Below, one piece after another: positions 56,354-64,000 of a stretch of DNA of 64,000 nt. Positions within the stretch are counted from its first letter, which is position 1. Each line of letters begins with the position of its first letter. This stretch comes from the human T2T-CHM13v2.0 reference genome, Homo sapiens, in NCBI RefSeq assembly GCF_009914755.1, contig NC_060928.1. The stretch is one strand, 5' to 3'. A model generated the notes under the pieces. That model had not been told where the DNA came from, searched no databases, and saw only the letters and a program-made list of their open reading frames with translations. Made by a program: the position numbers and the translations under genes.

Positions 56354-58752
56354 CCAACAAGGCTAGGCGCGAATCCCTCCTGGAAAACTGTCCTGTCGGC
56401 TGCTTTCATCCTGTGCCTGTGGCTTTAGTTCTTCAGCTCTACCTACATTCTCTCTCCATTGCGGGGAAAGAGAATCTCAAGATATTTCTCTTTAATTTCA
56501 GGCCTTTTTTTTTGTCACTCTGTGTAGTTCATCTTGAGTTCTCCTTTCTCCCCTCTCACCCACTAATGAAGCTGAGATACAAGTGTGGGAAATACCAAGC
56601 TTCCTTCCCTAGTACTAGAGCAAAGACATTGTTTAGACTTTCCCTAAAAGAAAATCCATAACTCTACAGAAATTCCAACCTTTTCGACGTGTTTGAAAGA
56701 GTATGCTGCTATTTCCTGCCTGCTTGGTATTTGAGGAAGGGCTTGGGCACTAATAACCAGATGGAGGAGTCTTGGAAAGGCCAATAAAAATATTGCCATT
56801 GCTTGGGGCAGAGACTGTTTTAAGGCAGATGAATTCCAAATGAAGCTAGCAGAAGAAGCATCTAGAAATGAACGGACAGTGACTAGAAATGAAATGACAC
56901 TGGTTTTGTAGTGTGGCTGTGACCTTGCCAGTGCTAGGAATTTTAATAACAAATGAGAGAAGTTAGGAAGGGAATCCCCAAGTAAAGGGAAGTTGCAAGT
57001 ACATGGGTTGATAATCTAAATGAAATACATTTTCTTGTAGGGAAGAATGGGGCCAGAGGAAGTTGAGCCCAACTTTCATATTATTCCCCAGACACAAGTT
57101 AAAGATTAATAAAGGAGGGCAGGCTGCCTGTGAAATATCAGTTGGCTTTACACGATTCTGATTTGTATCGTGTCAATATCAGGACAGTCCTTCTATTAGT
57201 TTTCTGAAAATCTCCTCCTTTTATAGCGGGAAAGCAATTGAATTATGTGTGGCTCGTTATTAGCTTCCCACTAGTAGTTTTTCACCTATATATACAGTTT
57301 GACTTCCGGCTTGGCCTTTGGATCTTTTTTAGTGCTCTGTGCCTATTACTTCATTACTGAAGTAATGTGTTATTGCCTTGTAGTTCAGTATACTACCACG
57401 CCAGTAGAAAAGCTGTTTCGGTTTCTGATACAATTTTCTGTAATTTTTATTTTCCCTGATATAATTTTTCTTTAAAAACCAGGCTTATTTGAATGTTTTG
57501 CCCCATTTTCCCTTTATGAGAAGAAGGAATGTTTGCTTTAAATATACCTATGGCTCAAATATCTATATCTGCAACTATGAATTTGGGGTGATGGGCTAGA
57601 AATTTTGAATGGGTTAAAACATATTTTAAGACAGGTAATATTAGGTGGTGATTTGGTTGAATAGCTTACATTTTCCAAGGAAGTATGTTTTTAATATAAA
57701 ATTACATATCTGTTATGTTTTTAATATTTTTTAAAGAGAGAGAATTATTGTTTCTTAGTATTCCATTAAAACAAAAGAAAACTTCATTCCTCTGTCTCCT
57801 GCCGTTATAACAACCAATAGGAAACTCGAAGTTTTTTTTTTTTTTTTTGCTTTTTAAAAATTATATGAAAGTACTACTAGGAGAGTCATCACACGCACAC
57901 TTAACAGCAGAACAGACAAAAGAAAGCACCGAAGCACTGGTTCTTTTCTAAACTGCCAATTCCATTTGAATGCATTAACCCAGCACTTTTGCTGTATTTA
58001 GTCATAATCTTATTCACTGAGTGGCAAATGCTTACTCTCTGCCTGGTGAGGTGTGTGTATAAAACAAAAAGCAGGTTGTGACTAACATCACTGTACTAGA
58101 GTATTGCCTATCGTTGACTATCTGAAGGAAAAGTAGATATCACTTTAAGTGTGGAAAATACCATGTCCCCATAGGAGGAAATACAAGTTGTAGTTCATGA
58201 TTGGAGAGAATAGTTTTGTGCATTGAAAAACAGCTTCTCATTGTAAAGAATTTAGTATTTGGAAAGCATGAATGGGAGCCTACTGATTTGCAGTCTCTTT
58301 CACATGTTAGAGTAACTTAGAATTTAAGTAAGTGCAGTTGAAAGACTCTTGTCAATTGCAGACAAAAGAATACATGAAGTGGAGGGAAGGAGAAAATTAT
58401 TCTGAATTCAACCTGAAATAAAATCTTGCTACATTAGTGAAGTATTGTAAAGTACTTTGAGTTAAACTTTGCATGCAAGAAGCCACAAAATTGGATTGAA
58501 GCAAGTTGTGAAACATACTAAGTGTCTAGAAATGTATTCTGATATGGAATTTTTAGACCATGGAAATTGCCATGAGTGTAGAAAATTTATATTAGCTCAC
58601 AGATTGCTTTTCTTAAACTGAAATTAATGAAGAACTTAATTAAGACTTATCTTCTATATCCTCTCACCCCCCTCAAACAAAATACTAAACATAATTTATG
58701 TTCTAGGGTTTCAAGTAAACATTTTTGCTAATCATCTGATTTTCTTTCACAG

Positions 58753-58794
58753 CATATTTCATTTTCTGTCATTGGACTTTGAGCCATTAGAACC
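58753..58794 (+). other. PDLIM5: PDLIM5 exon 2, 5'UTR part (42 nt)
   Basis: Acceptor TTTTCTTTCACAG| at 58752, branch-like GCTAAT upstream; in-frame TGA 15 nt before the ATG. Confidence 0.9.
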
Positions 58795-58890
58795 ATGAGC
58801 AACTACAGTGTGTCACTGGTTGGCCCAGCTCCTTGGGGTTTCCGGCTGCAGGGCGGTAAGGATTTCAACATGCCTCTGACAATCTCTAGT
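58795..58890 (+). CDS. PDLIM5: PDZ and LIM domain protein 5 (ENH), first coding exon, codons 1-32; rest of the gene lies beyond the window
   Basis: ACCATG start; translates to [32 protein letters not shown], the ALP/Enigma-family PDZ start ([15 protein letters not shown]) with the PDLIM5-specific N-terminus; donor AGT|GTAAGT, phase 0. Confidence 0.97.
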
Positions 58891-59713
58891 GTAAGTAAAC
58901 TTTACAAATTTTATTATAGATGTTCATTCAGTGCTTAGTCCTCGGGCTGAGTTGTTTAATTCTCTGTTGACCTGTACTCTACTTATTATCATTGCTCCTG
59001 GGATTTGATCTTGGCAAATTTGATTATCTATAATAAAGGATGAGGGGAGTAGATTTAGCAAGGATAACTGACTTCAATTTAACTTCTTTTCGTTTTCCCC
59101 CATGTTATCAATAATAAAATGGAAAAAGCATTTAACTAGGAACAGACTGTACATTTTTGAACTGTCCCTAATTTGGGGAATTCTCTGAATCTTCGTTCTT
59201 TCATATATAATTTTCAAAGGTTGTGCTATGGGATTTTAATAATCTCTTTCAGTTCCAAAAGCTGTTTGTTAAAAACTGTTGATCAAAATTGAATAAAATG
59301 ATTGTTTCGGAATTATTTCCTCAGCTCACTTTCTGGTGGAGGTGATAGCCAACAGTAAGATGGCCAAAAGCTACTTACCCTTGAAGAGGAAATGAAGGGC
59401 TTGGAGCTCCAACTAGATAGCCTATGAATAATTGAGATTTGGCTTTTTACCTCATTATGGATTTAGTTTGAATGTATTCTGTGTATATATTTTAAGGATA
59501 TGTTTTCATGATGATGATGATAGCACTGATGAGAGGAGTAATTAAAGCTTCTATTTATTGAGACTTGACTATATGTCAGGTACTGTTTCACTTTCATCAC
59601 CAGTAGGTAATTATTACTATTATATAAGTTTCTAAAAGGTTTGTTTTTGCATATTCAAATAAATATGAATTTCCATCTTCTTTTACTCAAATGGTGGCAT
59701 ATTATACACACAG

Positions 59714-60064
<351 letters not shown>

Positions 60065-63000
60065 TATATAAGGAGGTATGTGTGTTTTTTTAAAACAATT
60101 GTATAATTTTATTTTATAAGGAAAGTGACATTTAACCAATCCCCTACTGAAGAGTATTTGTGGCATTTCCATATTACTGTTACAGTGGTACAGTGAATAC
60201 CAAATATAAGTACATACATATATATGTGAATATATGTATCTACGTCATTTTGAAAGGTTGTGCCAATTTACACTTTTGTGCAACGCATGAAAATACTATT
60301 TTTGTGCCAGTCTTACCAACAAACTTGGATATTTATCAAGTGCTGTGAATGCATCATCTCATTTAATTATCATACCAACATGCAAAATAGTGATATTATT
60401 CCCATTGTATATAACTGTGCTGTGCGCTCACATGACTGTATGGAAGAGCTGGCTTTCCAACAGTTATGCTGTGCTGCCTCTTTAATAATTCACTTTACCT
60501 TAAATTTAGTTAGTTGTTTCTTTAATCAGATATTTAGAAGATTGTCATTTTGGTTAATAATATATGTGTATGTATAAATATATATACACACACATACTCT
60601 GCATCTTGTATGTGTATCCAACTTCATTTTGAAAGATTAAAAATAAGTTTGTAACGCCTAAATATCCTTATTAAAATACTGCAAATCCCATTTTACTAAC
60701 GGAGTCTCCTTTGTTTCTTGGCTGTGGATTTTTTTAAAGTTATCTTTAATTTATCATCAATTTCTGCCTTGATTTCAGTTAATTAGATTTTATAAGGAAG
60801 TATATATATGTAATCCAGCCTGCAAGTTTTAACACCTTTCATGGTTAGATGAAATTTTAAATGTAAAGCATCCATGTGAAAATGTGTCATGTGATTTATT
60901 CCTGTTTGAGTGAGTTGGTATTTTATTTCTTCTACTGATGATCTATTATGGGAACAGGAGCAATCTTTGAGTATTATTGGTTTTTACGTTTTGTTAGCAT
61001 TTTATATTTTAAATATTCTACTTTAATTATCTAAAGAAAGTTATTAGTTTAAATGCTTACTTTTTTGCTGAAAAAAAGTTCAGAAACAAATTGACACCTA
61101 AATGAGCCAAACTTAATTATCACTTTGTTGTGTGGTAATAGAAATGCAAATAGAGTATGTTTGCGAATTTTGTGGTACCGTGTCTTTAAAAAAGTTTCAT
61201 GTGCTTCAGTTTCCTGGCAGACAGTTTGAGGTACTAGCTCCATGTTGTGATGCTGATACAACAGAACACTGTGTACATACATATGTGCCCTCCCCTGGCA
61301 CAGAAGAAATGCTTTCCTTGTGTAGACAGAGTGCTAATTAAAGGATTTTGAACATACTGATTAAAAGAGACTATGGTAACAAAGCTGCTGAGTTATTTCT
61401 GTTCTCTTACAAAAGTCTCTGCCATCTACTGTGACCTTTTTGGGCCTTGTGCAGTGGGGCATGCAATTCATTCTGGACTGGAGAGGATTGGAAGGGGAGG
61501 GGAAGGAGAGAAGGGAATGTTGGCTCAATCGGGCTGCTAGGCTCTTGGCCTTTCATTGTAGTTATTTTTAACCCCTTGTGTGGTTTAAATATGCCTAGTA
61601 ACATTGCCTAATAAAGGTTTGCGTTTAATAACTAATTTATATTGTGGTAAGATTGTTAATGTTATAAATTTTTAACTTACTCTCATCTTAATTAGTTCTT
61701 TGGTTATACTTTTTCTGCCTTAATTATGTAAAATTACTGGGATATTACTGGTCATCAGGTTCTTTAATTAATAGTATCAAGAAACAATTAAAACCTGAAA
61801 GCATGCTTAAAACATGTAATTTAATGATTCACTTACTTTAATAATGCACATGAAATTCTTAGCAAGGTCTGGCAGTCTCTCAATTATCTTTTATAATAAT
61901 ATTATAAACTTTAAAAAGAAAACTATTTAGAGACTTGAAACATTAAATATTTAACCCCCGTAGTTGTAGGGAACATACAGTTATGGTTTTGTTTTGTTTT
62001 TTTAAACTTATTGTCCACTGAAATTAAGAAAGGAAAAAAAATCAGAAGTTTGTACTTAGCTGGGAATCTGCATCTTTAGAGTTCAAAACTGTGCAATTTT
62101 TCCTCTGATTAGGTATTATTATGTTGAACTCCAAAGGGTCATTTACATTCCTTTATAACACTGGAGCTCTGGTGTATCGAATTGTGTTATGAGATAAGCC
62201 ACTAGCAGGGACTTGAACATTCCATTTTCTTTAGATTTTGTTGTATCAGCATGTGAATATGCTGAATACAACTTGTATCCTAAAGCATACAAGCTATAAC
62301 ATTTTCACGTTGGACTCAAATTTCTTCATCATCTGTATTGTATGAATTTTGTATACTGTTTTGTTGGTGGATTTCTAACATAAGATTGCCAGTTCCTGCT
62401 AGCTTTTTAAAAAGATCCTCAGGTTGCTGTAGCTGGATGATCACATGTCATTTAATTTCCGATCCTTAAAATGGAGTGCGGGCTACCTAAGTTTGCAGGC
62501 TGTCTTTTTATGATCCTGTGTTTATGGAATTGCCCTGAAGCCATGGAATGTGAGGATGGGTTTCATTGTAGCAGTGTGGGTTTGTTGGTTTTTGCCAGTA
62601 TATTTTATAACAAGAAATAGGAGACTTGTTGGATAATTCAAGGCTATATTTTGGCCAGTTGATAAAGATTATATATTTGTGAGTAACATCTTTTAAGTTG
62701 TTATATCCTAAAGTTGAAATACTCTGCTGTGTGTTACTTTCTCATTATGTTTGGGCTCTTTTCTTCACTGTCAATATTTGGATTACCTGAAGATGATATC
62801 CCAATTCTCTGTAAACACATTTTAGATGTTTCTTTAAGAGATAAGAATTAGGTCAAACTTTTTAACATCTAAATAACAATGACTTTGATTCTCAAGAGTT
62901 AGGGGAGGATAAATTGTTATAAGCTTGGACAAAATTCTAATTGGATTTGAAAAGCAGAAGAAACTTACTATTGCTTGGATTATGGAGCCCTGTTTGGGAG

Positions 63001-63978
63001 TCTAACACAGAACAGAGAAGGACAGAATTGTGAAACACTTTGCTATGAATTCATTGATTCAGTAGTTATAGTAATACTTCCTAGAAGCCACTGAAGAAGA
63101 TACAAAGTGGGGAGTACAAAGGTTGGATGGAAAAGAAATAAGCACAGTGCTATAGAACTAGACAGTGTCGTAAGACCTGTCACAAGTCAATATTCTATGA
63201 AATGACAGATTCTGATAAGTGTTTCTCAGTTTCAGTGGGTGTAAATCTTTTGTTTGTGGGGGTTGGTTTCCTTTAGGAGAAGTTAATTGAACTGATCCTC
63301 AAAGGATGAAATTTAAACACCTCAAAGTCAGCATTTCTCCGTGTTGTCCAGTGCCTAGTGAAGATGAAGACTTTTCTTGCCATTGCTTGACTCCAAGTAA
63401 AGCTGTGAATGTAGTTGAGCGATTCTCCAGACCTGCCAGCTGCAGTTTCCCTCCTACCGGAAGACAGAAAGACTTTCAGTCCTCAAGCTGAAATGAGAGA
63501 GCCATCCTACCTTGAATAAATGGGCCCATTGTTAATTTTAAGCTCTTGAGTATTTTCTTTTATATTCCCTCCAAGCTACCCTGTCATTATGCCAAGTTAG
63601 AAAATTAATTTAGTTTGTATAACTATATGATGTATATTTCACATGTGTGTTCACTCTGCTTTAAAAATATTAATTACCTTTTGTGTGAAGTTCAGAGACC
63701 TGTCTTTTCCCATGTGGCAGTTTTATATGTTTTGTGGTCACAAATGTCAGGAATCTCAATGTAATTCTGGATAAATTTTTCTGCTCTATGATTTGTAAAG
63801 AAATGAAAATCTTATATTTTTTAATTGAAAATTAGTAGTTTTAGAAAAAAACGCACTTATTTGATTTTAGTAAACGTTGGGCATTTTGAAAAGTTATTCA
63901 GAGAAATGTTACTGGTAGGCAGGACTTTTGTATCTGATGGAGGAAACCGATGTAGGGTTTGGATAAAATAAGACTAGC

Positions 63979-64000
63979 AGGCTGGGCACAGTGGCTCACT
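63979..64000 (+). mobile_element. 5' start of an Alu, cut by the window edge
   Basis: GGCTGGGCACAGTGGCTCAC. Confidence 0.85.

Overview
Primate (almost certainly human) genomic DNA. About 55 kb of repeat-rich, apparently intergenic sequence (Alu, L1, L2, MIR, MaLR/ERV LTRs, hAT and Tigger DNA transposons) leads into the CpG-island promoter and 5' end of PDLIM5 (ENH) on the + strand. PDLIM5 elements present: non-coding exon 1 ending at 55501, exon 2 at 58753-58890 encoding [32 protein letters not shown] (start of the PDZ domain), and the beginning of intron 2. No other protein-coding gene is supportable; the ORF-track entries are repeat-derived, GC-rich or chance frames. The most notable observations are: (1) an antisense Alu in intron 2 that can splice in frame onto exon 2 to give a 136-aa PDZ-truncated protein with a hydrophobic tail, or a poison exon; (2) a competing cryptic donor inside exon 2; (3) a perfect 32-bp palindrome with overlapping hairpin and duplication at 24.7 kb; (4) a U6 snRNA fragment fused to a 145-nt purine tract with (GGAA)11 next to a CArG box; (5) CTCF, MEIS, SRF and TEAD motif clusters. 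I found no convincing wholly new biological system. Repeat subfamily names come from recognition by eye, and boundaries are approximate unless target-site duplications (TSDs) are quoted.
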